From the NCBI GenBank assembly GCA_036574205.1, contig JAINCQ010000003.1, positions 1 to 53,190 on the forward strand: a DNA stretch of 53,190 nt, read 5' to 3'. The DNA comes from Elusimicrobiota bacterium. GTDB lineage: Bacteria; Elusimicrobiota; Elusimicrobia; Elusimicrobiales; UBA9959. Under the pieces are notes generated by a model. It was not told the DNA's origin and did not search any database. It worked only from the letters and a program-made list of their open reading frames with translations. Both the position numbers and the translations under genes were made by a program. Shown here one piece after another: positions 34,912 to 45,275 of this stretch (position 1 is its first letter; the number at the start of each line of letters is the position of its first letter).

Positions 34912-36672
34912 ATGGATGATAATTTAAAGAGCGCAATAATTGATTTTTTAAAAGCTTTTACAAGAATAGTGGTTCAAGCTAATCTTTACAACGAGGATCA
35001 TCCTGAGGTAAAAGCAGCGGCAGAAGACTCTTTGAAAAAACTGGGATTTTTGCTTTCGCTTTTAAAAGGTGAAAATATTGCTCTTAATTTAAGCGGCAAT
35101 AAGTTTATTTTAAATGGCATTCAGATAATGACTTCTGATAAAATGCCTAATTCAATACTCAATATATATAAAAACTGCCATATAGACACAATTGAGTTTA
35201 ACGATAAAGTTTCTCAGATTGAGATGATTAAGTTTTCAAAGATAGGAGTTTCTAAAATTTCTCCTGAACAATATTTAAAAGAAAATTCAATATCAAATAT
35301 AAAGATATTAATAGATAAATATGTTAGAGCTAATATCAAGGAAAATAGTAAAACGCAGGAAAACCAATCTATTGATACAGATATAAAAAACCAGAATTTT
35401 ATAGATAGTCTTAGAACCATTGTTTCAAAACTTACATCTGATACTGTCCTCCAGCAAAAGCTTATAGAGGAGTTAATGTCTAAATTCAGGAAAGAGGTTG
35501 AGATCGCTATTGAAAAAGCTGTTAAAGAAATAAAAGCGGAGAAAGTCAAGGTTGAAAATGATTATATAAGAACCGAATCTGTAATTTCAAATATAGCATC
35601 TAGCGAAATAATGATAGACAAAAATGGGAATGTGATAATGGCATCAAGCGAGGCTGAAAAAATAACTGGAAAGGTGCTTAAGGAAATAACGGGAAAAAAA
35701 ATATTTGACGTTGCAAATATAGAAGAACAGATGATAAACATCGCAGAGGAAATAAAAGGGATTTCGGATAAAAAAATAGATCCTAAAATTAAAACTGGGG
35801 GAAAAGAGGATTTAATAAAAACAATTAAAAATTCTACAGCGTTGATTAAAAACGAGGAAGGGAAGATAGTAGGAACAATAATGGTTCCACATGATATAGC
35901 TAAACTAAAAGAAGTGGAGCAGTTAAAAAGTGACTTTATATCTACAGTAACCCATGAGTTAAGAAGCCCCCTTACTTCAATAAAGATGGCTCTTGATCTT
36001 ATTTCAAGAGAAAAAATAGAAAACCAGACCACTAAAACTATGATTAATGCGGCTATTAGAAATGCTGAAAGGCTTAATTCAATTATAAACGATATACTGG
36101 ATTTTTCAAAATTACAATCTGGAAAAATGACATTCAGTTTTTCAAGTGAAAACCCAAATGATATAGCGCAAAATGCTGTGGATGCTATGCTGCCATGGGC
36201 AAAGTCCAAAGATTTAACCCTTAATTTAATTAAATCTGAAAATGTTAGCAATATATATGTTGATAAAAAAAGAATGGAGCAGGTATTGATAAATCTTATA
36301 TCAAATGCCATTAAATTTACCCCAGCTAATGGAAAGATAGATGTTTTAGTTGAATATATATCAAGTTCTAATACTGTTGTTTTTTCAGTCAAGGATACTG
36401 GAATAGGAATAAGAGAAGAAGACAAGAAAAAAATATTTGAAAAATTTGTTCAGGCAGCTGGTGGCGAGAAGATTGGTGGTACGGGACTTGGACTTGCTAT
36501 AACAAAAGCCATGGTTGTTATGCAAAGAGGAACAATATCTTTTGAAAGCGAAGTCGGGAAAGGTTCTACTTTTAAGGTTTATATGCCTGTTGATAAAGCG
36601 CAGATAGCGCAACAAGACACTGAAGAAACTCTGCCAAAAAAATCCTGGTGGAGAAAAATATTAGGGATATAG
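34912..36672 (+). CDS. Cytoplasmic PAS sensor histidine kinase
   Basis: THELRSPLT H-box, QVLINLISNAIKFT, DTGIG and GGTGLGL. No TM helix; C-terminal KKSWWRKILGI. Confidence 0.92.
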   Translation: MDDNLKSAIIDFLKAFTRIVVQANLYNEDHPEVKAAAEDSLKKLGFLLSLLKGENIALNLSGNKFILNGIQIMTSDKMPNSILNIYKNCHIDTIEFNDKVSQIEMIKFSKIGVSKISPEQYLKENSISNIKILIDKYVRANIKENSKTQENQSIDTDIKNQNFIDSLRTIVSKLTSDTVLQQKLIEELMSKFRKEVEIAIEKAVKEIKAEKVKVENDYIRTESVISNIASSEIMIDKNGNVIMASSEAEKITGKVLKEITGKKIFDVANIEEQMINIAEEIKGISDKKIDPKIKTGGKEDLIKTIKNSTALIKNEEGKIVGTIMVPHDIAKLKEVEQLKSDFISTVTHELRSPLTSIKMALDLISREKIENQTTKTMINAAIRNAERLNSIINDILDFSKLQSGKMTFSFSSENPNDIAQNAVDAMLPWAKSKDLTLNLIKSENVSNIYVDKKRMEQVLINLISNAIKFTPANGKIDVLVEYISSSNTVVFSVKDTGIGIREEDKKKIFEKFVQAAGGEKIGGTGLGLAITKAMVVMQRGTISFESEVGKGSTFKVYMPVDKAQIAQQDTEETLPKKSWWRKILGI

Positions 36673-36788
36673 AGTGTTAAAGCAAATCTGCAAGCAAAGA
36701 TAGATATTAAACAATCATATAATTTATAAATTAGTAAACTACAATTAAAATTTTTGTTTACCGAAAAAAAGTTTTTGTTATTTGAGTT

Positions 36789-38153
36789 TTATATTTTTGC
36801 TTTTTCTACAAGATTTTTATATAAACTTGATATATCGCTTATTTTTATTATTTGAACTTTTGAATTTATTGTTTCACGTATTCTTGATGAAATAAATATT
36901 TTATTAAAACCGTTTCTTTCAAGTTCTATAATCCTTTTTGATGTATAATTGGAAGGATAGACCTGTCCAAGCATCCCGACTTCGCCTATAAAAGCGGTTT
37001 GATTGTCTATTAAAATATCTTTTATTGAACTTATTATGCCTGCGCAAACGCTTAAATCTATTGACCTGTCTTTTGTTTTAAATCCGCTATGAATGTTAAT
37101 ATATACATCGTATGAATCAAATTTTAAGGGTGTGTTTTTTTCTATTGAGGCAAGAAGTATCTGGGCGTAGTTTGAGTCTATTGATGAAAAAATTCTTTTT
37201 GGATATGGATAAAAACTTCTTGAAACAAGGGATTCCACCCTTATAATCATTGCTCTTGAACCTTCATATATTGCTGTATATGTTTTTCCAGAAATCGCCG
37301 CATCGTCTATCATCTGTTTTGTGTATGAGTTTGAAGAAATAATCCCTTTTTCTGTCATTTCAAAGATTCCTATCTCATCTATATTCCCGAACCTGTTTTT
37401 AAATGTGCGAAGTATCCTGTATTCACCGCTTTTTTCACTTTCAAAATAAAGTACGGTATCAACCATATGTTCAAGAAGTTTTGGCCCTGCAAGCTCGCCT
37501 TCTTTTGTAACATGTCCAAGAATAAAAACGGTTATGTTTTTTGTTTTGGCTATTTTTATAAGTTCGCTGGTACATTCTCTTATTTGTATTGGGCTTGAGC
37601 TGGATGATGGAAATTGTGGATGATATAGAGTCTGGATTGAGTCTATTATAAGAATCTGGGGATTTATAATATTTACTTCTTTTATAATTTCACTTATATC
37701 TGTCTGGGATGCAATTGTTATCTTATTATTTGATATTCCTATTCTTTTTGCTCTCAGCGATATTTGTTGTGGTGATTCTTCACCTGAAACGTAAAATACC
37801 TCCATATCTTTTGACGCAAGTTTATCGGCAATTTCAAGCACAAGAGTGCTTTTGCCAATTCCTGGAACGCCTCCAATTAGTATAATCTGTCCTTTAACAA
37901 CACCTCCGCTTAAAACCCTATCAAATTCTTCTATGTCTGTTGCTATCTTTTGCGCATCTTCAGTTTTTATGTCTTTAAGTCTGTATGATTGTGTGGAAAA
38001 ATCAACAATGGCCTTTTTTCTGGCTGTTTTTGTTTTTTCTTCTATTACTTCCTCAATCAATGTGTTCCACTGTCCGCATTCAGAGCATTGTCCCTGCCAT
38101 TTATAATGTGAAGCCCCGCATTTTGAGCATATATAAATTTTTTTTAATTTCAT
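36789..38153 (-). CDS. radA: DNA repair protein RadA/Sms
   Basis: C4 Zn finger, GVPGIGKST, DSIQT, GPKLLEHMVD and KNRFG motifs. Confidence 0.96.
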   Translation of the reverse strand: MKLKKIYICSKCGASHYKWQGQCSECGQWNTLIEEVIEEKTKTARKKAIVDFSTQSYRLKDIKTEDAQKIATDIEEFDRVLSGGVVKGQIILIGGVPGIGKSTLVLEIADKLASKDMEVFYVSGEESPQQISLRAKRIGISNNKITIASQTDISEIIKEVNIINPQILIIDSIQTLYHPQFPSSSSSPIQIRECTSELIKIAKTKNITVFILGHVTKEGELAGPKLLEHMVDTVLYFESEKSGEYRILRTFKNRFGNIDEIGIFEMTEKGIISSNSYTKQMIDDAAISGKTYTAIYEGSRAMIIRVESLVSRSFYPYPKRIFSSIDSNYAQILLASIEKNTPLKFDSYDVYINIHSGFKTKDRSIDLSVCAGIISSIKDILIDNQTAFIGEVGMLGQVYPSNYTSKRIIELERNGFNKIFISSRIRETINSKVQIIKISDISSLYKNLVEKAKI

Positions 38154-38158
38154 ATTTT

Positions 38159-39463
38159 TTATTTGACAAGCGCGGCGGTTCCGCCTCCGCCTACAAGCCC
38201 TAAGAGATTGGCTATGTCTTTGTCTTCAAATAATACTCTTGTTGAAACATTAACTCTTTTTACTTCGAGTATGTCGGTTATTTTTATCCCCGCTGAGAAT
38301 TTGTCTGAAAGCTTATAAAGCAATCCGATATCATATCTTGCGTCATTAAAAAATCTGTCCTTTATGCTTCTATTTCTTGAAAATTCATTTGCCTCCGCTA
38401 CAACTGAAATGCTTTTTAATACATCATCATAGTAAAAAGGTGTATATCTTAAGCCAAATCCACCTGTACTTCTTATAGCGCCAATATAAAACTCCCATAG
38501 AGGATATCCCCAGCCTATATAGGCATCTATTGTATTGGGTTCTTCATATGAAACTCCAAATGGTTTGTTCTTGATATTTATTATATTGCTTGCCCCCACA
38601 TAATAATACTTATTATCATTGACATTTATCTTTAAACCAACGTCATTAAAAGATTGACCTGATGAATTTTCATATTTAAAATCCCATTTCCAATATGTTT
38701 TTATCTTTGATGTCTTTCCCACAAAATCCTTGAGGGATTTTGTCGCTTCTTTTATATTTGTTATTGACTGTTTAACATCATCTTTTGTCCCGGGATCGGA
38801 AAGAAGTGTGCCTATAGTCCCCTCGCCATTATCTATCTTTGAAACGATGCTGTTGAGTCTTGATGTAAGATTTTTTATATTATCCATTGTTTCATCTAGT
38901 TTCTGCGAGAATCCTTCAAGTTTTGGAGAATTTGCAGCTATAACATCATTAAGGTTGGCTGTTATGTCTCTCAGGTTTTTTACCACATCATTTAAGTTTT
39001 TTGTAAATTCTCCATTTGAATCGAGATTTTTTATGAGTTTGTTGACATTTTCAGCAACTTCGGTTATCATTTCATCAAGAGGTTTTCTTGAAAAAGCCAT
39101 AACTGTTTCTTGAGGTTCTAACATTCCGGACTCATTTTTTCCACGCTCTATCTGTATGAATTTTGATCCTATTATGCTTGTTGATCCTATGTAAAATTTT
39201 GAATCGCGTGGTATTTTAACGCTCTCTTTTACAAGTATTTCCGCTATCACTTTAGAGTCTTTGAATTTTATGTCTTTTATTTTCCCTATCTCAACGCCAT
39301 TAAGTTTCACAGCGGATTTATTAGCCAGCCCTCCGACATCATCAAAAGCCACATATATCAAATATCTTTTTTCAAAAGAAAAATCGCCAAGCATAAAAAG
39401 TGAAAAGCCAAGAACAATAATCCCCGCAAGAACAAAAAAACCTACCTTTATTTCATCCTTCAT
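38159..39463 (-). CDS. mlaD: MCE/MlaD protein with long helical stalk and C-terminal beta-rich domain
   Basis: EIKVGFFV TM, MCE domain FDDVGGL...VKLNGVEIGKI, heptads, IDNGEGTIGTLL, then about 170 aa of amphipathic strands. Confidence 0.88.
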   Translation of the reverse strand: MKDEIKVGFFVLAGIIVLGFSLFMLGDFSFEKRYLIYVAFDDVGGLANKSAVKLNGVEIGKIKDIKFKDSKVIAEILVKESVKIPRDSKFYIGSTSIIGSKFIQIERGKNESGMLEPQETVMAFSRKPLDEMITEVAENVNKLIKNLDSNGEFTKNLNDVVKNLRDITANLNDVIAANSPKLEGFSQKLDETMDNIKNLTSRLNSIVSKIDNGEGTIGTLLSDPGTKDDVKQSITNIKEATKSLKDFVGKTSKIKTYWKWDFKYENSSGQSFNDVGLKINVNDNKYYYVGASNIINIKNKPFGVSYEEPNTIDAYIGWGYPLWEFYIGAIRSTGGFGLRYTPFYYDDVLKSISVVAEANEFSRNRSIKDRFFNDARYDIGLLYKLSDKFSAGIKITDILEVKRVNVSTRVLFEDKDIANLLGLVGGGGTAALVK

Positions 39464-39502
39464 AAAGTATATTTTACAAATATTTGGTATTTTAAAAACG
39501 TT

Positions 39503-40249
39503 TTATTTTGAAACATTTTCTATAAAAGAAGTTTCTATAAACTTTCTTACTTCCTCTATCCTGCTATTTTTAATACCTTGGGGAGAATTTACTTCTATAA
39601 ACCTGCCTTTAAAAAGCATCCCTATCCTTGTAGATATTGTAAGCGAAAGTTTAACATCGTGAGTAACGACTATGGAGGTCACTCCTATTTTTTTTGACAT
39701 TTCAGATATTAAATTCATTATTATCTCACCACTTATTGGATCAAGCCCTGTTGTTGGCTCGTCATAAAGTATATATTTTGGATTATGCGCTATGGCTCTT
39801 GCCAGAGAAACCCTTTTCTTCATCCCGCCAGATAATTCACTGACCTTTTTGTTTTCTATATCTTTAAGTCCTACAAGTTCAAGTTTTTCTCTTGCTATAT
39901 CCTTATATTTTTCTGGCTTTATGTTTGTAAGATATTTAAGACCGAAAGATACGTTTTCCCATACATTAAGGGAGTCGAATAATGCGCCTTCCTGAAAGAG
40001 ATATCCAAAGTTTTTCCTTATTTTCTGTATTTCAAATTCATTTTTTGCTTTTAATATATTTAAGCCATCTATAATTATATCCCCTCCGTCAGGTTCAATA
40101 AGCCTTATAATAGATTTAATAAAAGTAGATTTCCCTGTTCCTGAAGGTCCCATTATCGTAAATATTTCTCCATTTTCTATTTTAATATCTATATTATCAA
40201 GGACTTTCTTTGAATCGTATATTTTGGTTAATTTTTTTACTTCTATCAT
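39503..40249 (-). CDS. mlaF: Mla ABC transporter ATPase
   Basis: GPSGTGKS, FQEGALFDSL, LSGGMKKRVSLARA and YDEPTTGLDP motifs. Confidence 0.92.
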   Translation of the reverse strand: MIEVKKLTKIYDSKKVLDNIDIKIENGEIFTIMGPSGTGKSTFIKSIIRLIEPDGGDIIIDGLNILKAKNEFEIQKIRKNFGYLFQEGALFDSLNVWENVSFGLKYLTNIKPEKYKDIAREKLELVGLKDIENKKVSELSGGMKKRVSLARAIAHNPKYILYDEPTTGLDPISGEIIMNLISEMSKKIGVTSIVVTHDVKLSLTISTRIGMLFKGRFIEVNSPQGIKNSRIEEVRKFIETSFIENVSK

Positions 40250-40256
40250 TTTTTAC

Positions 40257-41045
40257 CTAAGTGATTCCTATTAGTACAAGAAACGAACTTACAAAATAAT
40301 CTATTGCAAGTATTAAAATCATTGAAAGGACAACAGAATTTGTGGTTGAACGACCAACTCCTTCTGCTCCTCCCTCAGTATAAAGCCCTTTATAACAGGA
40401 AACAGTTGCTATGGTAAAAGCAAAGAAAAAAGTTTTTATAAATCCATGCATGAAATTTTTGACTTCCATAAATTGAAAAATATCATCAAAATAAACGGTA
40501 GATGGTATTCCTAATTTTATAATACTTACTATAAATCCTCCCAGTATTCCCATAACATTGGCAAACACTGTTAATAATGGTAATGCTATTAGAAAAGCGA
40601 AATATCTTGGTATCAATAGATATACCGAAGGATTTGTTCCAAGTGTATATAAGGCGTCTATTTGTTCGGTGACTACCATCGTTCCTATTTCCGCGGTGAC
40701 ACTTGATCCAGCTCTTCCTGAAACAACTATTGCTGTAAGTACCGGGGCAAGCTCCTTAACAAGAGAAAATCCAACAACTGTTCCAACATAAAGAGGCTCG
40801 TTAAAAAGATTTTTTGATGTATATCCACTTTGAAGCGCTAAGACCATCCCTGTAAACAGACTTGTGAGAGTAGTTACCCCTATAGAATTAACTCCTATTC
40901 TGGTTGTTTGTTTAAATATCTCTTTTTTTTCAAGTTTTGCCATAAAGGTCCAGAAAAAAACATTTTTTATCATAACAGAAGCTCTTCCAAGATGCCTTGC
41001 TATTTTTATTGTCAGTTTGCCTGTTTTCAATATTAAATATTTCAT
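40257..41045 (-). CDS. mlaE: Mla ABC transporter permease
   Basis: KELAPVLTA, GRAGSSVTAEIGTMVVTEQIDAL and GGAEGVG motifs. Confidence 0.93.
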   Translation of the reverse strand: MKYLILKTGKLTIKIARHLGRASVMIKNVFFWTFMAKLEKKEIFKQTTRIGVNSIGVTTLTSLFTGMVLALQSGYTSKNLFNEPLYVGTVVGFSLVKELAPVLTAIVVSGRAGSSVTAEIGTMVVTEQIDALYTLGTNPSVYLLIPRYFAFLIALPLLTVFANVMGILGGFIVSIIKLGIPSTVYFDDIFQFMEVKNFMHGFIKTFFFAFTIATVSCYKGLYTEGGAEGVGRSTTNSVVLSMILILAIDYFVSSFLVLIGIT

Positions 41046-41063
41046 TAACAAATCCTCTTTTTT

Positions 41064-42149
41064 TTAAACATAAATTCTGGGAACTCTTTTTGTTATTAGT
41101 GTTGTTATTTCATAAGGTATAGTGTTAGCTTTTAGAGCAAGTTCTTTGATGGTGATAGATTCATCTCCGCTTCTGCCAGATATTATAACTGTATCTCCAA
41201 TATTAACATTTATTTCGGTAACATCAATCATGCTCATATCCATTGTAACCGTGCCAATGAGTTTTGCTCTTTTGCCGTTTACAAGAACTTCAGCCTTGTT
41301 TGAAAGTGCTCTTAAATATCCATCACCATATCCTAATGGTATTGTCGCTATTTTACTGTGTCTTTTTGTTTTATAAGACTTTGAATAGCTTATAAAACTT
41401 CCTTTTTTTACATATTTTAAAAAAACTATTTTTGTTTTCCATTGTAATATCTGCTCAAATCCATTTATATTGCCGTAAGCGGCTATCCCACATCTTGCCA
41501 TATCCATATGCGATGATGGAAAATTTATAGTTGCTGATGAATTGGCAATATGTCTTATAAAATTTATTCCTTTTATCCCTTTTATCATATTTTTATAATT
41601 TTCTATCTGCCATAGCGTATAATTTTTGTCTGAGTCAGCTGAGGATAAGTGAGAATAAATCCCTTCTATGTTGACACTTTTTGAATTAACTGCTTTTTCA
41701 ATCATCCTTTTAAGCGAGTTTTCTCTTGCTCCTATCCTGTTCATTCCTGTTTCAAGTTTAAGATGAACATTTATTTTGGAGTTTTTTTGCCTTGAATATT
41801 TTATAATTTCATCCATTGCATCGATGCTTGATATAGTAGGTGTAAGTTTATACTCAAAAAAATACTTAAAATTACTAAAGGGATATATACTTCCAAGAAT
41901 TATTATGGGGAGTTTCACTCCAGCTTCTCTTAATTCAATTCCTTCTTCTATGGCTGATACTCCAAGAAAAGAACATAATTTTTTTTCTTCAGCAAATCTT
42001 GAGATTGTTGTCATTCCGTGACCGTATGCATTGGCTTTTACAACAAGCATAAGTTTTTTATTTTTTAGTATTTTTTTTAGTTTATTTAAATTATGGATGA
42101 ATTTTTCAAGACTTATTTCTACCCAGTTTGGTCTTAAGATTTTATCCAT
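41064..42149 (-). CDS. alr: Alanine racemase
   Basis: VVKANAYGHG, ETGMNRIG, GYGDGY and MDM motifs. Confidence 0.96.
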   Translation of the reverse strand: MDKILRPNWVEISLEKFIHNLNKLKKILKNKKLMLVVKANAYGHGMTTISRFAEEKKLCSFLGVSAIEEGIELREAGVKLPIIILGSIYPFSNFKYFFEYKLTPTISSIDAMDEIIKYSRQKNSKINVHLKLETGMNRIGARENSLKRMIEKAVNSKSVNIEGIYSHLSSADSDKNYTLWQIENYKNMIKGIKGINFIRHIANSSATINFPSSHMDMARCGIAAYGNINGFEQILQWKTKIVFLKYVKKGSFISYSKSYKTKRHSKIATIPLGYGDGYLRALSNKAEVLVNGKRAKLIGTVTMDMSMIDVTEINVNIGDTVIISGRSGDESITIKELALKANTIPYEITTLITKRVPRIYV

Positions 42150-42214
42150 AGAATAATTTTAGCAAACTTAAGATTTTTAATAAAATGAGGTTTTATGACA
42201 CAATAAAGAAATTT

Positions 42215-43594
42215 TTAAATTGGTATCTCTTCATCATGTAGTTTTTCAGTGTTTGGAAGCCTATCTGCAAATTTAACAAACTCTGGATAGAAATACATAT
42301 CAATTTCTCCTATTGCTCCATTTCTGTTTTTAGCAATTATTATCTTCGCATCATTCTTAGCCTCTTCCTGCTTGGTATAATAATAATCCCTGTGTATCAT
42401 TATAACCAGATCTGAATCTTGTTCAAGGGAACCTGATTCTCTTAAATCTGAAAGTTGAGGTTTGTTGCCATCGCGAGAACGCTCTTCTGTCCTTCTATTT
42501 AGCTGTGAAAGTGCTATAACAGGTATATTTAAGCTTTTAGCCATATCTTTCAATAATCTTGATATCTCACTAACTTCTTGTTGCCTTGACTCAGGTCTGC
42601 CTATCCCTCTTATTAATTGCAGATAGTCTATTATGACAAGGAATTGATTAAGGTTTGGATTTCTGGATTGAAGGTCTAATATTAATTTTCTTGTTCTTGC
42701 TCTTATATCCATTATTGTCAATCCTGGTGTGTCGTCTATCCATATATAAGAATTGGCTATTTTTTCTATTTCTGTTGTTATGTCTGCCCATTTTTCATTA
42801 TCAAATCTTCCTCTTCTAAGTTTTGAAGAATCAAATTTTATTGCTGAAGCCACAAGCCTGTTTATAAGACTATATTTATCCATTTCAAGTGAGAAGAATA
42901 TTACAGGTATATTGTATGAGACTCCAACATTATAGGTAATATTTAATGCAAGTGCAGTTTTTCCCTGAGAGGGTCTGGCGGCTATTATTGAGAACTCTTG
43001 ATTTTGAAATCCGCCTGTTTTATGGTCAATATCTGAAAATCCAGAAGGTATACCGGTAATCGCTTTGCCTTCCTTGTGAAACTTATGCAACCTTTCCATA
43101 TATTCATTGGCAAGATCTTTTGGAGATGTAAAGGAATGGGTTATATTCTTTTGAGATACTTCAAAAATTTGCTTTTGCGCAAAATCTATTATTGTGTCTA
43201 TTTCCTGAGATGAATCATAGGCATTTTCTATTATATTAGTAGAAGATTTTATCAACTCCCTCAGTATATATTTTTCTTTGACTATCTGCGCGTATTCTTT
43301 GGCATGAGCTGGAGATGAGACTTTCTCAACAAGGTCGGTGAGATATTTTGTTCCACCTATTTTATCAAGTTGAGAGTTATTCTTTAATGTTTCAGAAACT
43401 ATAAGTATATCAACATTTTTTTTTGAATCATTTAGTTTACAAATAGCTTCAAAAATTATTTTATGGGTGTCTAAATAAAAATGTTCAGGCTTTAAGATTT
43501 CTACTATTGTTTCTATGGAATCTTTATTAACAAGCATTGTTCCAAGAACAGACATCTCAGCTTCTATAGAATTAGGATAAGTCTTATTAATCAT
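42215..43594 (-). CDS. dnaB: Replicative DNA helicase
   Basis: AARPSQGKT, FSLEM, IDYLQL, SQLNR and DLRESGSLEQD motifs; no intein. Confidence 0.97.
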   Translation of the reverse strand: MINKTYPNSIEAEMSVLGTMLVNKDSIETIVEILKPEHFYLDTHKIIFEAICKLNDSKKNVDILIVSETLKNNSQLDKIGGTKYLTDLVEKVSSPAHAKEYAQIVKEKYILRELIKSSTNIIENAYDSSQEIDTIIDFAQKQIFEVSQKNITHSFTSPKDLANEYMERLHKFHKEGKAITGIPSGFSDIDHKTGGFQNQEFSIIAARPSQGKTALALNITYNVGVSYNIPVIFFSLEMDKYSLINRLVASAIKFDSSKLRRGRFDNEKWADITTEIEKIANSYIWIDDTPGLTIMDIRARTRKLILDLQSRNPNLNQFLVIIDYLQLIRGIGRPESRQQEVSEISRLLKDMAKSLNIPVIALSQLNRRTEERSRDGNKPQLSDLRESGSLEQDSDLVIMIHRDYYYTKQEEAKNDAKIIIAKNRNGAIGEIDMYFYPEFVKFADRLPNTEKLHDEEIPI

Positions 43595-43641
43595 AAAATC
43601 CCCACTTTTTAGGTTGAATATTAATTTTTAAAATTATTTGG

Positions 43642-44085
43642 TCAGGATGCGGTTATATTAACCTTAAAATTCGCCGATACATCTATTGATAAATTAACTT
43701 TTACATCAAAAATACCAAATTCTTTAAAAGATGAGGGCATTTCTATTTGCTCTTTTTCAATGTTTATATCGATTGCTTTTAATGCTTTTAAAATATCGCT
43801 TTTTGCAACAGAACCAAACATATGGCCCTCTTCATTTTTTGTCCTGCTAAAAGAAAGGGTTATTTCTGAAATTTTCTTTGCAATTTCTTCAAGAGCTTTC
43901 TTCTTTTGCTCCTGTTTCTTTTTGCGTCTTTCTTCGCTTATTTTAAGTGACTTCAATTCTCCTTCCGTTGCTATAACAGCTATCTTTTTAGGTATCAGAA
44001 AGTTTCTAGCATATCCATCTTTTACCTCTTTTACTTCGCCTTCTCTTCCTAAGTGTATGTAATCTTTTTTAAGTATAACCTTCAT
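43642..44085 (-). CDS. rplI: 50S ribosomal protein L9
   Basis: MKVIL...LG..GEVKEVKDGYARNFLIP. Confidence 0.97.
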   Translation of the reverse strand: MKVILKKDYIHLGREGEVKEVKDGYARNFLIPKKIAVIATEGELKSLKISEERRKKKQEQKKKALEEIAKKISEITLSFSRTKNEEGHMFGSVAKSDILKALKAIDINIEKEQIEMPSSFKEFGIFDVKVNLSIDVSANFKVNITAS

Positions 44086-44098
44086 AAAATCCTCCGAC

Positions 44099-44392
44099 TT
44101 ATTTTCTCATCATTGTGGTATAAGGCATAAGTCCAAGATTCCTGTTTATTTTAATAGCTTTATCAAGTTGTCTTTGATGTTTGGCGCAGACGCCTGTTAT
44201 CTTTCTCGGTATTATTCTTCCGGTATCTGTGGTAAACATTTTTAAAAGTTGAGATTGTCTCCAATCTATGGTCTTTATCTTTTCAATACAAAACCTACAT
44301 TGCTTTTTCTTCTGAACTGGTTTTCTTGAAAAATTAACCCCTTTATTTCTGACGGGCGCAGTTTCCTTTATTGGTTGATTGGCATTCTCCAT
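44099..44392 (-). CDS. rpsR: 30S ribosomal protein S18 (Zn-binding type)
   Basis: CRFC...IDW...GRIIPRKITGVCAKHQR. Confidence 0.96.
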   Translation of the reverse strand: MENANQPIKETAPVRNKGVNFSRKPVQKKKQCRFCIEKIKTIDWRQSQLLKMFTTDTGRIIPRKITGVCAKHQRQLDKAIKINRNLGLMPYTTMMRK

Positions 44393-44406
44393 AATATTCT
44401 CCTTTC

Positions 44407-44844
44407 CTAAAATGGTATATCGTCCTGCGATTCAGCGGATTTATCGCTTCCTTCTTCGTTTTCCAAATCTGCTGGATTTTGCGGTTCTCTTTCATCTTTT
44501 GTAACTTCCATTATCTGTATTTTATTTGCTACTATCCTCAGCCTTTTTACTTTTACCCCATCTTTATTGGTATACTCGGAGTTTGAAAGCCTTCCCTCCA
44601 CATATACAGGATTACCTTTTTTTATTTTATCTTTGCATTTGTCGGCAAGCTGTCCCCATACTACAACCGGCACAAATGTGGTTTCATCTTTCCATTCTCC
44701 GCTTGAGGCATCTTTATATCTTCTATTTGATGCTATATCAAAAAAACAAACAGTGGTTCCTTTTTGAGTAGATCTAAATTCAGGATCTCTTGTAAGCCTT
44801 CCACTTATTAATATTTGATTTTGGTAGGGGAATTTAACGGCCAT
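44407..44844 (-). CDS. ssb: Single-stranded DNA-binding protein
   Basis: GRLTRDPE, VYVEGRL and the C-terminal DDIPF. Confidence 0.97.
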   Translation of the reverse strand: MAVKFPYQNQILISGRLTRDPEFRSTQKGTTVCFFDIASNRRYKDASSGEWKDETTFVPVVVWGQLADKCKDKIKKGNPVYVEGRLSNSEYTNKDGVKVKRLRIVANKIQIMEVTKDEREPQNPADLENEEGSDKSAESQDDIPF

Positions 44845-44846
44845 AT

Positions 44847-45152
44847 TTACTTAACGACCTCTATTTTGGATTTTATCAGGTTAACTCTAATTATGCCTTC
44901 AGTTATTTTCAAGTTATATTTTATCTCAGTATTCTTATCCCCGTTCATTTTTACCTTTATAAAATAATAAAATCCTTCTTTATTGCCTTTTATTGGATGG
45001 GTGATTTTTTTTATCCCCCAGTTATCCTCAGTGAGTATTTCCCCACCCATAGAGGATATAAGCTTTTTAGCTTTAGTTATAAGATCCCTTATGTTATTTT
45101 CTGTAAGTTTAGGATCCAATACAAGAATAATATCATAGCTTTTTACTGTCAT
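44847..45152 (-). CDS. rpsF: 30S ribosomal protein S6
   Basis: YDIILVLDP...DNWGIKKITHPI...EGFYY; lies in the rpsF-ssb-rpsR-rplI order. Confidence 0.93.
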   Translation of the reverse strand: MTVKSYDIILVLDPKLTENNIRDLITKAKKLISSMGGEILTEDNWGIKKITHPIKGNKEGFYYFIKVKMNGDKNTEIKYNLKITEGIIRVNLIKSKIEVVK

Positions 45153-45275
45153 AATAGAATAATTTTACAAAACTTTTATACGAAAATCAACTTTTTGCGC
45201 CTTTTTTTAATCTTTTCAACTAAAATGGTTGATTTATTCCAAATAATAAATTAAAATTTAAGGAAGGAGGAAAGT

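Noticed and set aside
35562..36425. 287-aa antisense ORF and the other short antisense/overlapping ORFs in the track
   Set aside because: They lie opposite well-supported genes and show the Ser/Phe/Ile-rich composition of reverse-strand shadows.
42215..43594. Intein in DnaB
   Set aside because: Normal length and contiguous helicase motifs.
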